The notes: generated by a model not told the origin, from the letters alone. Numbered from the stretch's first letter, positions 18,317 through 27,649 are shown. The stretch is 64,000 nucleotides of DNA from Verrucomicrobiota bacterium (GCA_038209745.1 JBBQXJ010000001.1:103358-167357); one strand, 5' to 3'. A program made the numbers and translations.

Positions 18317-18758
18317 AGGCGGATGGGCCGGATCATCCACACGTCGCGGACGCCAGCAGAATGGTTGGCTCCGACAAAGCGCGCCCCGGCCAGCGAGGAG
18401 AAGGTCGCGCCGAGAATGTCCGTCTCCATCCGAAGAACGCGGCATCGGGCCTGCGGCCACGGACGATGCCAGATGTGGAACCTGCGTCGGGTGGAACCGG
18501 ACTCGGTGAAGGCCGTGTAGCGCTCCATCAGAAACTCGTGCAACGAACCATGCGGGCCCGCCTCGGTGCCCGGTGCGACCTCCAGTGCGACGTCGAGGAG
18601 AGGGCGAATCCCAATCGGCGGCGCCCGAAGGTTGACTCTCCGTTCGTCGGTCGGGTCTCCGGCTCCGCCGTTTTGGTCGGAACCGCTGGGTGTTTGAGGA
18701 GGCCGGCCTTCTTGGTTTTCTCCTTGGCGTTTCGCACGGTCGGCGCGGGACAAGTCAT
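18313..18758 (-). pseudogene. Internally deleted/frameshifted YqjF (DUF2071)-like gene
   Basis: C-terminal 'GSLHEFLMERYTAF...FHIWHRPWP' lies in one frame; the ATG at 18758, just after the upstream gene, is in another frame; most of the domain is missing. Confidence 0.6.
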
Positions 18759-18761
18759 TGT

Positions 18762-19517
18762 TCAGCTTGGGCAAACGCAACTCGCGGCGAATGTCTCGCG
18801 GCGACCGGAGGCGTGCCATTCGTGGTCCAGATTTCTCATGAGAAAAGCGCTGTCGAAGACGGCGGCGGGGCCGAGCCTGGAGAAGAAGCTGGACTCGACC
18901 TCGTCCACTGCCAGCGGCGTCATGTGCCAGGCGGGGCAGTGCAGCTCCAAACCTTCCAGCTGACGCCCGTCGCGAGTCGGCGACCAACCGAGGGCCCCGG
19001 CCTGAAAGAACGCGCTCGCCTCTTCCAGCGAGTGGAAGATCGAATTGTTCGGCAGCGTATCCGTTGGCCGGCCGCTCACGCTCACCGTCATGGCGCCGTC
19101 GTCGCTGCCTACCCCGACCGAAATCCGCTGGGCGTTGTCGCTCACCTGGAACCGGGCTGCGTGGTGGCTTCCCGGAAACAATCGTCCACCCGCCATGCGA
19201 TTGAACCAGCGATCGGTGTCGCGTCGGGGAATGAAGACTCCTTCACGCGTCGCGCCGTCCCCGTCCCATTCCACCGCGATGCGGTGGGCGGCGTTCTCGG
19301 ACGATACGCCGCACCAACCCGGCAGACCGCGCGGCCGCACCTGCTCCAGTCGGATCAAGCAGATGCCGGCCATGCCCCATCCGTTCACCAGTTTCGGTCG
19401 AAATCCGGCGGGCACAAACGGCACCAGTGCGTCGGGCTTCACCCGGAAATTGACCAGGATGCGGCGCGCGATTCTCCCGGCGATGGCGGGCATGGAGAAG
19501 AGCGGTTTGCCATTCAT
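18762..19517 (-). CDS. DUF2071 domain protein
   Basis: 'GRIARRILVNFRV', 'AGICLIRL', 'SENAAHRIAVEW', 'EGVFIPRRDT'; ATG overlaps the upstream stop. Confidence 0.85.
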   Translation of the reverse strand: MNGKPLFSMPAIAGRIARRILVNFRVKPDALVPFVPAGFRPKLVNGWGMAGICLIRLEQVRPRGLPGWCGVSSENAAHRIAVEWDGDGATREGVFIPRRDTDRWFNRMAGGRLFPGSHHAARFQVSDNAQRISVGVGSDDGAMTVSVSGRPTDTLPNNSIFHSLEEASAFFQAGALGWSPTRDGRQLEGLELHCPAWHMTPLAVDEVESSFFSRLGPAAVFDSAFLMRNLDHEWHASGRRETFAASCVCPS

Positions 19518-19957
19518 GGTGTCTCGAAGAAGGCGGCGTGGCCGTGGTGCGGGTGGCCGGTGCGATCGGGGATCCGGCAGATTCCAAGAGTGTGGCGATT
19601 GCGGGCAACCCAGCGATAGGCCGCGCGCATCACTGGCCGGAGAGGCGGCAACCATGCGATCCAACCCAGTGGCGCGGTCCACCAGGCGGCCCGCAGGAGC
19701 GCGACGATGGCTTCGGTTCCCCCGATGCTGCGGCCGTCCGGCCACAGCAGCTTCATCTCTTCGGGCATTTCGCCGGGCTTCAACCCCAGCCGCCCGGCCA
19801 GCCACGGATTCTGCAAGGGGACGAAGACGAACCCTCGCCGTTCGAACGGGCCGCCGAACCGCTTGAGCAGCCCCACGCACAGACCGCAGTCGTCGTCGTA
19901 GCCCACCCAACCTTGGACCGGGATGCTATCTTGTTTGTCGGTTGTTTCTGTATTCAC
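19514..19957 (-). CDS. DCC1-like thiol-disulfide oxidoreductase (DUF393)
   Basis: 'YDDDCGLC' (DxxCxxC), 'YRWVARNRH'. Confidence 0.9.
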   Translation of the reverse strand: MNTETTDKQDSIPVQGWVGYDDDCGLCVGLLKRFGGPFERRGFVFVPLQNPWLAGRLGLKPGEMPEEMKLLWPDGRSIGGTEAIVALLRAAWWTAPLGWIAWLPPLRPVMRAAYRWVARNRHTLGICRIPDRTGHPHHGHAAFFETP

Positions 19958-19962
19958 AGAAA
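19945..19962. promoter_or_regulatory. Operator palindrome TTTCTGT-N4-ACAGAAA
   Basis: Perfect 7-bp inverted repeat over the start of the DCC gene; same motif recurs at 20513-20530. Confidence 0.7.
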
Positions 19963-19979
19963 AGTCTCCTCAAAAAAAC

Positions 19980-20513
19980 TCAGCTTCCGAGGCCGAGCAG
20001 TTTCACCGCCTTGTCGCCGAGCTTCAGGAACTTGGTCAGAGCCGCCACCGGCAGTTTCCGGACCTGTCCATACCAGCTGTCGGTCGTCTGGAAGAAGCCG
20101 TGCAGCTCGCGCAGCCGCTTCTCGGTGTAGTCGCTGGTTTCCTTGTCGTCCGCCGCCTGGTCGATGCACTCGCGGAGGACCGCCAACGTGGGGTCGATCT
20201 CGCGGCGCTTGCGTTCGTCCAGAACGATGCGGAACAGCTCCCAGACATCCTGGATGGATTCGAAGTGGTCGCGCCGGTCGCCCATCACGTGGACCACTTT
20301 CACGATGTGCCAGTTTTGGAGCTCCTTCAGGCTGTTGCTCACGTTCGACCGGGCGACGCCGAGGGTCTCGCAGATGTCCTCCGCGTTGAGCGGCTTGGGT
20401 GCGATGAAGAGGAGCGAATGGATCTGGGCGACGGTGCGGTTGATCCCCCAGCGCACCCCCATCTCGCCCCAGTGCAGGACGAACCGCTCTTCGACTGGGG
20501 ATAGTTTCTTCAT
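19980..20513 (-). CDS. GbsR/MarR family transcriptional regulator
   Basis: 'FVLHWGEMGVRWGINRTVAQIHSLL', 'LGVARSNVSNSLKELQNW', 'GDRRDHF'. Confidence 0.92.
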   Translation of the reverse strand: MKKLSPVEERFVLHWGEMGVRWGINRTVAQIHSLLFIAPKPLNAEDICETLGVARSNVSNSLKELQNWHIVKVVHVMGDRRDHFESIQDVWELFRIVLDERKRREIDPTLAVLRECIDQAADDKETSDYTEKRLRELHGFFQTTDSWYGQVRKLPVAALTKFLKLGDKAVKLLGLGS

Positions 20514-20540
20514 TTCTGTTAAGACAGAATTAACGGAAAT
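20512..20540. promoter_or_regulatory. Autoregulatory operator (TTTCTGT-N4-ACAGAAT within a longer ATTTCTGTTAA...TTAACGGAAAT repeat)
   Basis: AT-rich inverted repeats abutting the regulator start codon. Confidence 0.7.
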
Positions 20541-20594
20541 TTAAGTCGGCCGTCAAGGCCGGTCTTTGCGGGGACGGCCGGATCGAGTTCCGGC

Positions 20595-21515
20595 CTACTT
20601 CGCGCGCGGGTGGTATTTCCGGTGGATGTCGTGCAGGCGCTGACCGGAGACGTGGGTGTAGATCTCGGTGGTGGCGATGTTCGCATGGCCGAGGAGTTCC
20701 TGGATGACGAGGAGGTCGGCGCCGTGCTCCAGCAGGTGCGTGGCGAAGCTGTGGCGGAGCATGTGGGGCGTGGCGTTCCGGGTGATGCCGGCGCGGCGGA
20801 TGCAGCGCTTGATCCGGCCCCAGAGCGTCACGTGGGCGAAGCCGGTGCCGCGGTTGGTCAAGAAGACGTGGCCGGTGGACCTCTTGGTCAGGAGCGCGGG
20901 CCGGCCGACATTCAGGTAGTTCTTCAAGGCGGTCACGGCGGCGCGGCCGACGGGCACGACACGCTCCTTGTCGCCCTTGCCGATGACGGTGACGAAGCCT
21001 TCGTCCAAGTGGAGCTGCTCCAGCCGCAAGCCGCGCAGTTCCGCCAAGCGCAGGCCGGAGGCGTAGGCCAGTTCCATCACGGCCTGGTCGCAGAGCGTAG
21101 CGGGCGTGGCCTGGGCGGGGGGCTGGAGGATGGACTCGATCTCGACGGCGCTGAGGTCCTTGGGCAGGCGCTTGGCCCGCTTGGGCATCGAGAGGTTGGC
21201 GGCGGGATTGGAGGGAAGGTGCTCCTCGGTTTCGGCGAAGCGGAAGAGGGCCTTCAGCGCGGCGACCTGGAGATAGACGCTCTGGGAACTGAGCGTGGCG
21301 TTGCCGGGGCGGTTGGCGGCGGGCTTTCGTTCGCGTTCGGCCTGGAGGTAGTCGAGCAACACCGCCGGCGTGACCGCGTTCCACGACGCCACTCCGTGCG
21401 TCCCGGCCCAGGCGATGAATCGCTTCAACTGCGCGGCGTAGGTGCGCTGGGTGTTCTCCGCCTGCCCGCGCTCGTGCCGGACGTGGAACAGGAAGTCTTC
21501 AACGAGGGCGTCCAC
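20595..21515 (-). CDS. xerD: Site-specific tyrosine recombinase XerD-like
   Basis: 'YASGLRLAEL', 'GKGDKERVVP', 'TPHMLRHSFATHLLEHGADL..IQELLGHANIATTEIYTHV'; about 306 aa from GTG 21515. Confidence 0.85.
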   Translation of the reverse strand: MDALVEDFLFHVRHERGQAENTQRTYAAQLKRFIAWAGTHGVASWNAVTPAVLLDYLQAERERKPAANRPGNATLSSQSVYLQVAALKALFRFAETEEHLPSNPAANLSMPKRAKRLPKDLSAVEIESILQPPAQATPATLCDQAVMELAYASGLRLAELRGLRLEQLHLDEGFVTVIGKGDKERVVPVGRAAVTALKNYLNVGRPALLTKRSTGHVFLTNRGTGFAHVTLWGRIKRCIRRAGITRNATPHMLRHSFATHLLEHGADLLVIQELLGHANIATTEIYTHVSGQRLHDIHRKYHPRAK

Positions 21516-21519
21516 GCGG

Positions 21520-22006
21520 GGGAGTGTTGGAGTTATGGAGGGATGGAGTGTCTGGGCCCCAGAACTCCGGCACTCCAACACTCCGTTCAAATCGGGGAAA
21601 CGGACGGAAGCGAGGTGGCTCCCAATGGCAAAGCAAGTCGAGTAGCCCAGCCGTCCCGGCTGCGGGTTGTGGTGGCGTCTCGCCGCCAGTCCACTCCCGG
21701 CGGGACGCCCGGAGAACCCGCACGCTGGAAGCCTGCGCTACGGCGCGCGGAGCATCGCTCCGCCGGTTGGTGGGCATGTCCTCGCGGAGCAATGCTCCGC
21801 GCTCCGAACCGAGTGTCGTTCCGGTCAGCACCGGAGGTGCGGGAGAGAGTAGCCCCGGGCGTGAGCCCGGGGGGATGGCGGTAAAATGAGGAAGCCCCGG
21901 AGGGGCGACAGAGACGTTTCTGCCGCCCCTCCGGGGCTTCGTTCCAATCCGACGACCAACCCACAGCTCACGCTGTGGGCTACGGTCTGTCGACACGCTG
22001 CGGCTG
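21520..22006. repeat. Stack of at least four different REP-like palindromic elements
   Basis: GGAGTGTTGGAG...CTCCAACACTCC; GTAGCCCAGCC...GGAAGCCTGCGCTAC; GCGGAGCATCGCTCCGC-type x2; AGCCCCGGAGGGGCG...CGCCCCTCCGGGGCT with CCCACAGCTCACGCTGTGGG. Confidence 0.8.
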
Positions 22007-22063
22007 GCCTGCCCGGACTCGGGCCAGACGTAGAACAGGGAGTCTTCAAAGAGGGTGGCCACG
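22007..22063 (-). repeat. Degenerate duplicate of the first ~19 codons of xerD (direct repeat of 21460-21516)
   Basis: gcctgcccggactcgggccagacgtagaacagggagtcttcaaagagggtggccacg vs gcctgcccgcgctcgtgccggacgtggaacaggaagtcttcaacgagggcgtccacg. Confidence 0.85.
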
Positions 22064-22074
22064 GGCAGTTATGG

Positions 22075-22827
22075 TTAGTCGTGGACTTCCCGGTAGAAGT
22101 AGATTCCTGGACCAATCTTCAATTGAAACGGCCAGTAGGACTCGAACGGCATTTCGGAAACTCCAATCCAAAGCGCGATCCGGTCTCTACGAATGCTGAT
22201 AAATGAACCCAGAACGGGATCGATCACCCTCGTCACAACGACGTTTGTGCCGAGCAAATCCACGACACCCTCGGGCACATTGGCGTTTTGAATGGGAACC
22301 ACATGGGCCAACGAAGAATATCCTTCCGGACGAGTTACCCCGGTTCTGCTGGTCCATGTTTTCGGGAGATTCGATTCGGAATCTTCTTCGAAGCGAGGTT
22401 GGGATTCGGCCCAACGGCGGAGCCCGTCCAAATCAAGCGTTTGAGCGAGCCTCCCCTCAGTCCCGCGCCGTTCCAAGAGACGGGGCACATCCCAGAAGTG
22501 GAGGTATGTCATCGGAATCAAGACAAGCGCCACCGCCATCAGCAACAGCCTGGTCAATACAACGCCGGTGAGCTTAGACCCTCTGTAGAGACGGATCGAC
22601 ACCGTCAGGCACATCACAAAGCCTAAACCAACTACAAGAAGGTCATTGCCCAGACCGGAACGGGGACCGAGATGTTCCAAGTTCCAGCCGGCGCGATAGG
22701 CGCTCTGCTGATCGGAAAGGCAGAACGTTGTGGAAATTGCAGCCAGCACCGCGACAAGGAGAACATCAGTCCTGAGCCGGGTAGGTCTTGCTGACGCCTT
22801 GGCCGAGATTTGAGAAGGGGGGCACAT
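22075..22827 (-). CDS. Hypothetical membrane protein, lower GC than neighbours
   Basis: 250-aa ORF with three hydrophobic segments; visibly AT-richer codons. Confidence 0.65.
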   Translation of the reverse strand: MCPPSQISAKASARPTRLRTDVLLVAVLAAISTTFCLSDQQSAYRAGWNLEHLGPRSGLGNDLLVVGLGFVMCLTVSIRLYRGSKLTGVVLTRLLLMAVALVLIPMTYLHFWDVPRLLERRGTEGRLAQTLDLDGLRRWAESQPRFEEDSESNLPKTWTSRTGVTRPEGYSSLAHVVPIQNANVPEGVVDLLGTNVVVTRVIDPVLGSFISIRRDRIALWIGVSEMPFESYWPFQLKIGPGIYFYREVHD

Positions 22828-22878
22828 CCGGTCGGCTTTCTTTGTAGTGACTGTCTGCCCTCAACTTCTCTAGCCAAG

Positions 22879-23772
22879 TCAAAGTTTCCGACCCGTCAGC
22901 TTCTCGTACGCTTCGAAATACTTGGCTTGGGTCTTGGCCACGACTTCGGCCGGCAGCGCGGGGGCGGGCGGGGTTTTGTCCCAGTCGAGGGTCAGGAGGT
23001 AGTCGCGGACGAACTGCTTGTCGTAGCTGGGTTGGCTGCGGCCGGGCGCGTATTGGTCGGCGGGCCAGAAGCGGGAGGAGTCGGGGGTCAGGACTTCGTC
23101 GATGAGGATCAGCTTCCCGCCGAAGAGGCCGAACTCGAACTTGGTGTCGGCGATGAGGATGCCACGTTGGCGGGCGTAGTCGCGGGCGAAGGTGTAGAGC
23201 CGCAGGCTGGCGGCGCGGGCCTGTTCGGCGATGTCGGCGCCGACGATCTTCACGGCTTCGGCGAAGGGGATGTTTTCGTCGTGCCCAGTCTCGGCCTTGG
23301 TCGCTGGGGTGAAGATGGGTTCGGGCAGCTCGGAGGATTCGACGAGGCCGGCGGGCAGCGGGATGCCGCAGACGGTCTGCTGCTTCCGGTATTCGTTCCA
23401 ACCGGAGCCGGCGAGGTAGCCGCGCACGACGCACTCGATGGCGAGGGGCTCGGACTTCTTCACGATCATGCTGCGGCGGGCGAGCTGGGCGGCATGGGAC
23501 TGGAGCGCGGCGGGCAGCGGGTCGTCGGCTTGGGCGAGCAGGTGGTTCGGCTGGAAGCCGGCGGTCTGCTCGAACCAGAAGTGCGACATCTGGGTGAGGA
23601 CTTCGCCTTTGCGCGGGATGCCGTTGGGCATGACGCAGTCGAAGGCGGAGATGCGGTCGGTGGCGACGAAGAGGAGGGAGTCGCCCAGGTCGAAGACTTC
23701 CCGGACCTTTCCGCTTTTGATTTTGCGGATGCCGGGGAGATCAAGGTTCAGCAGCGTGCCGTCGTCGGACAT
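22879..23772 (-). CDS. purC: Phosphoribosylaminoimidazole-succinocarboxamide (SAICAR) synthase
   Basis: 'SGKVREVF', 'TDRISAFD', 'IECVVRGYLAGSGW', 'ADTKFEFG', 'DEVLTPDSSRFW', 'YDKQFVRD'. Confidence 0.97.
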   Translation of the reverse strand: MSDDGTLLNLDLPGIRKIKSGKVREVFDLGDSLLFVATDRISAFDCVMPNGIPRKGEVLTQMSHFWFEQTAGFQPNHLLAQADDPLPAALQSHAAQLARRSMIVKKSEPLAIECVVRGYLAGSGWNEYRKQQTVCGIPLPAGLVESSELPEPIFTPATKAETGHDENIPFAEAVKIVGADIAEQARAASLRLYTFARDYARQRGILIADTKFEFGLFGGKLILIDEVLTPDSSRFWPADQYAPGRSQPSYDKQFVRDYLLTLDWDKTPPAPALPAEVVAKTQAKYFEAYEKLTGRKL

Positions 23773-23881
23773 GGTGAAAGCATGGTCGGCGGCCGGCGCG
23801 GGCGGCAATGAGGATTCGGAGTCGAGGGGATCCGGCAACGATCGCTGCGGGGCGCGGAAGGCCACGTCCGCCGGCTCGATC

Positions 23882-26800
23882 CTACGGCTGGAGGGTGATC
23901 TTGCCCCAGTTGCGCGGCTCAAGGCGCAGCTCGAAGACGGCGTCGTCCACGAGGCCGGTGTGCCGGTTGTTCCAATAGTTGCGCAACCGGGTGCGGCGGC
24001 CGGCCGGGTCGCCGTAGGTGACGCCGAAATCTCCGTTCACGACTGAGCCGGCGGAGGGTTTCCAGCCGAGATCGCCCAGGGGAATCGAGGCTTCCACGGT
24101 GTAGCCGCCGTTTTGCCGGGTCACCTTGAGGGTGGCGTCGGTGAGCACTTTCACGTCGGCCACGATGTAGCTGCTGACCACGCCGCTGCTGAAGGTCTTC
24201 GGATTCAGACCGGGACCGCTGGCCACAGGCCGGAAGAGGACGGCGGTGGGGGTTCCCTTCAGGTTGCCGATGGAAAGCCGCAGGTCCCCCTCCACCGCCT
24301 CTGCGCGTTTGGGATCGGCTTTGGGATTGGTCGCCAGCTGGAAGTCCACCGTGTCGCCTCCGGTGTAGAGCGACTCGGCCGTCTCGGCGCCATTCGTCCA
24401 AGGCGTCGAATCGGTCACCTGCCAGCCGAGATGGAGCGCGTTTTCGTCCCAGGCGATGGCGGCGCGGACCTTGGTGTCGGGACCCTTTTGGAAATCCGCC
24501 CATTCGACCCGGCCGAAGTCGCGGCCCAGGTCGCCGCTGAAGCGCGGGGTCGCCTTTTTCGCGGTGATTTTTTGGACGCCGACGTCCTGCTGGAGGAGCG
24601 CTTCGCGAAGACGGGTCGCTTGGGCAACGTCGGCTTCAGTCAGGGTGACGCGGGATCCGGCGAGGGGACGCACCGTGTCCAGCCCGGTGACTTCGAGATT
24701 CCAAAAAGCGGTCTTGCCGGCCTGCACGAGCAAACGTCCGCTGCGATCAAGGGCGATGCTGCCGCCGAAGTCCTCGCCACCGGCACCGGGCGGCGCATGG
24801 GACATGTCGGCGCCGGGGAGGGCGTTGGCGGGCCATTCGACTTTCAGCGGATCGGGCTCGAAAAGGCGGCCGAGATAGAAGCCGGCTTCGGAGAGGAGAT
24901 GCCATTCGCCGACGTTGGTGGGAATGGCCCAGATGTTGCCGATCGGGGCGGGGAGGGTCGCGCTGCCGCATGGGCCGAAGGAGCCGCGAATCAAACCGAT
25001 GGCGGGCGGCGGGGCGTTGTGGGAGCCGTGGACGCCGGTGAAATTGTCGGGGTAGCTCCAGAGGCGCTGGCCCGTCGCGATGTCATAGCAGGTGTAGGCC
25101 GAGTGGACGACGTTGTTGTTCCCGCCTTCGAGGACCAAGCGGCTGTCGGCCGAGACGAAGCCGGGCGCGGGAAGGCTCGTCGGCTTGGAAAGATCATACT
25201 TCGGGGCGCCGGCGGCGGTGAAGCCGGCCACCTTGAAGAGGGACGTCTTGGCGAAGAGCGAGAGATCCGGGCCGAAATTCATATACCAGCCGCTGAAACG
25301 CCATTCCCCGGGATACCGGACGACTTCATCCGCCTGCTGTTCGCCGTCGCCGTTCTCATCCGACCAGACGGCCGTGGCGGTGGCTCCGGACTCCTTTCCG
25401 TGGAGCGTCAGACCGAGCTTTTGGCCGTTGTTGCCCAAGAGGGAGATCTCCGTCCGCAGCCGATAGTCACCATCGCCCACCCGTTCGAAGATGCGGAGAG
25501 GGCCGGTATTGCCCTGCCAGTTGCCGGCCACTGCCAGGTAGACGCGGCCGTTGGTTCCAACACCGAAGCGGGAATTCTCCATGCCGTCCTGGGTGATGAC
25601 TCCGAGGCAGGTTGCGCGGCCGGTCTTCGGATCGATGCGCCACTCGCAACCTTGACCGACCATGAGACCCGGATCGGCGGGGTGGATGGCGCCCCCGAGC
25701 GCGCCGTAGCTGGAGGGTCCGAAGAACTCGCGCAGCAACTTGCCGGTCGTTGGATCCCAGACGCTGATGCGCTTGGGGAACGGACCCGACTCGGCGACCC
25801 AGAGCTTCTGGTCGGAGTCCAAGGCCAGGGAGACGATCGACTGGAAACTGTCCGCCTGCCATGGGCCCGAAGGAGGCCGTCCACCGATCCGGCCCAGCAG
25901 GCGAGCGGGAGATTTGCTTCCGTGGAGATAGACTTGGACCTGCTGGCCGGGGGCGCCGGTGGCGACGCATTTCACGCCGGCCCGATCCGCGATGATCCGG
26001 GGTTCGCCTTCGATCTTGTCGGTCTTCAGCAATCGACCGCTCACCGCATCGACCCAGGCCCGGAGTCGTTCCTGGTGGAAGCCCAGAACAACGGCGCTTC
26101 CATCCAAGACGACCGTGTCGGCCATGGCGGGCTTCACGGCGCTGCCGGATGGCCAGAGGGCCGCGACGGTGAGATCCGGCCCGCCGCTCGACGGCCAAAC
26201 GAGATAGGCGCCGGAGCGGGCGTCCAGCCGGTAGAGATTGCCGCCATTGGCGGGTATGCCGGCGGTTCCGCCGAGGACATAGACGACGCCTCCGCCGGCC
26301 GCGAGCGCTTTGACCCCGGCGATGCCGCCCCGGTTGTTGTTCCAGAGCACGCCGCCTCGAAGATCGCACGCGAGCACCGACTTGCCGGCCTCGGCGCCGC
26401 TCCAACCGAGGTAGACCTGCGATTCGTCCGCCGCGACGGCGCTGGGAACTCCGTGGTCGCCGCCCCAATTCTCCCGGCCGGTGGCGCCGTCCCAAGGCGC
26501 GCTCCCGGCGTTGTCGGCCCATCCTCGAAATTTGAGTCCGAGGCCCCGGCTGACCAACGCGGCCCATTGGTAGTCGCCCGGTGGAAGAACCTCGCCCGGC
26601 CGGGTCCAGGACGGGGTGGTCAATCCGTTCCAGGTCACGGAATGCGAACCCTTCGCGAACGACGCGGCGTTCAGCACCTGGCTGACGACGCGGCCGGAGA
26701 CATCACGGACATGCAAGGAAACGGCTCCATCAAAGGGCATCTCAAAGGCGATCTGTTTGACTCCCTTCGGCTCCGCCATTAGGCCCGGTGCCGTCCATTG

Positions 26801-27649
26801 CAGGACCGGCTCGGCTCCCTCCATGCGTGCGGGGATCTCGGTGCCGTCCGCGAGCCGCAGGGGCTGTGGCCGCCCGGAGCTCCGGTCGTCGAGGTGCGCT
26901 GTTCCCCAGGAGTTGTAGGCGCGAAAAGTGAAGACGCGGTCCGGCTGGACCCCTTCTTTGAACAGGTCTTTGAGGGAAAATCGCCGGCGACTGTCGAGAT
27001 AGAAGTTCGGCTCGATCGTCATGGTGAAGGAATCGCCCGGCCCCAAGGCCCGGCCATCTCCGGTAAGAAACTTCCAGGGAATGGCGATCTCCTGGTTGTA
27101 GCCCGGCCGTTTCGGCACCAACTCGAAGGCCTGCACGACCCCGGCGGAGACTTTCGCGTCCGGGAGGGTGGGCCCCTTCAAATCCCGGCCTTGTTCGACT
27201 TTCACCACATCTGCCCCCTCCCGATCCCGCCATGCGGTGAAATGCAGCACGCGCTCCTTGGCCGAGCCGGCGTCGAAGATCATGCGGAACTGGAGACAGT
27301 CGCCTTCGAAGCCGTTGTCGCCCGCGACCTGCCCGGGATTGTTGAGCGGGGTGGGATCCGTGAACCGGGCCAGCAGATACAGGTTCGTCCGGTCATACAT
27401 GGCGTGGAACCACACCGCGAAGCGGTCGCGTAGTTCCTCCACGTTGTCGCACGCGAACATGCCGCCCGAGAGATCCCAATCCGAGGTGCGGCCGTCGATC
27501 TTCACCGGACCGGGCGCCGGCAATACCCGCAGCGAAAAGTTTTCCGTCTGCGTGGCCTTTACGGGAGCGGCCAGCGCGACGACGCCCCAGATGAACAGGA
27601 GAACGGGGCGGCGCAAGGATCTCGGAACCGAGAGGGGACGGATCGTCAT
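23882..27649 (-). CDS. Large secreted multidomain protein (CBM9-like domains, FlgD-like Ig, beta-propeller)
   Basis: Signal peptide; 'VKIDGRTSDW..YDRTNLYL' and 'AWDENALHLGWQVTD..YTVEASIP' CBM9-like ends; 'SLHVRDVSGRVV..GSHSVTWNG' FlgD-like segment. Confidence 0.7.
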   Translation of the reverse strand: MTIRPLSVPRSLRRPVLLFIWGVVALAAPVKATQTENFSLRVLPAPGPVKIDGRTSDWDLSGGMFACDNVEELRDRFAVWFHAMYDRTNLYLLARFTDPTPLNNPGQVAGDNGFEGDCLQFRMIFDAGSAKERVLHFTAWRDREGADVVKVEQGRDLKGPTLPDAKVSAGVVQAFELVPKRPGYNQEIAIPWKFLTGDGRALGPGDSFTMTIEPNFYLDSRRRFSLKDLFKEGVQPDRVFTFRAYNSWGTAHLDDRSSGRPQPLRLADGTEIPARMEGAEPVLQWTAPGLMAEPKGVKQIAFEMPFDGAVSLHVRDVSGRVVSQVLNAASFAKGSHSVTWNGLTTPSWTRPGEVLPPGDYQWAALVSRGLGLKFRGWADNAGSAPWDGATGRENWGGDHGVPSAVAADESQVYLGWSGAEAGKSVLACDLRGGVLWNNNRGGIAGVKALAAGGGVVYVLGGTAGIPANGGNLYRLDARSGAYLVWPSSGGPDLTVAALWPSGSAVKPAMADTVVLDGSAVVLGFHQERLRAWVDAVSGRLLKTDKIEGEPRIIADRAGVKCVATGAPGQQVQVYLHGSKSPARLLGRIGGRPPSGPWQADSFQSIVSLALDSDQKLWVAESGPFPKRISVWDPTTGKLLREFFGPSSYGALGGAIHPADPGLMVGQGCEWRIDPKTGRATCLGVITQDGMENSRFGVGTNGRVYLAVAGNWQGNTGPLRIFERVGDGDYRLRTEISLLGNNGQKLGLTLHGKESGATATAVWSDENGDGEQQADEVVRYPGEWRFSGWYMNFGPDLSLFAKTSLFKVAGFTAAGAPKYDLSKPTSLPAPGFVSADSRLVLEGGNNNVVHSAYTCYDIATGQRLWSYPDNFTGVHGSHNAPPPAIGLIRGSFGPCGSATLPAPIGNIWAIPTNVGEWHLLSEAGFYLGRLFEPDPLKVEWPANALPGADMSHAPPGAGGEDFGGSIALDRSGRLLVQAGKTAFWNLEVTGLDTVRPLAGSRVTLTEADVAQATRLREALLQQDVGVQKITAKKATPRFSGDLGRDFGRVEWADFQKGPDTKVRAAIAWDENALHLGWQVTDSTPWTNGAETAESLYTGGDTVDFQLATNPKADPKRAEAVEGDLRLSIGNLKGTPTAVLFRPVASGPGLNPKTFSSGVVSSYIVADVKVLTDATLKVTRQNGGYTVEASIPLGDLGWKPSAGSVVNGDFGVTYGDPAGRRTRLRNYWNNRHTGLVDDAVFELRLEPRNWGKITLQP

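Noticed and set aside
21499..22062. 187-aa ORF upstream of xerD
   Set aside because: Made of the xerD stub plus translated REP sequence; unlikely to be a real protein
20595..22827. Integron or prophage (tyrosine recombinase plus palindromes plus orphan ORF)
   Set aside because: The recombinase has XerD-like size and motifs with no evident IntI-specific insertion; the palindromes are REP-like rather than attC; no phage genes
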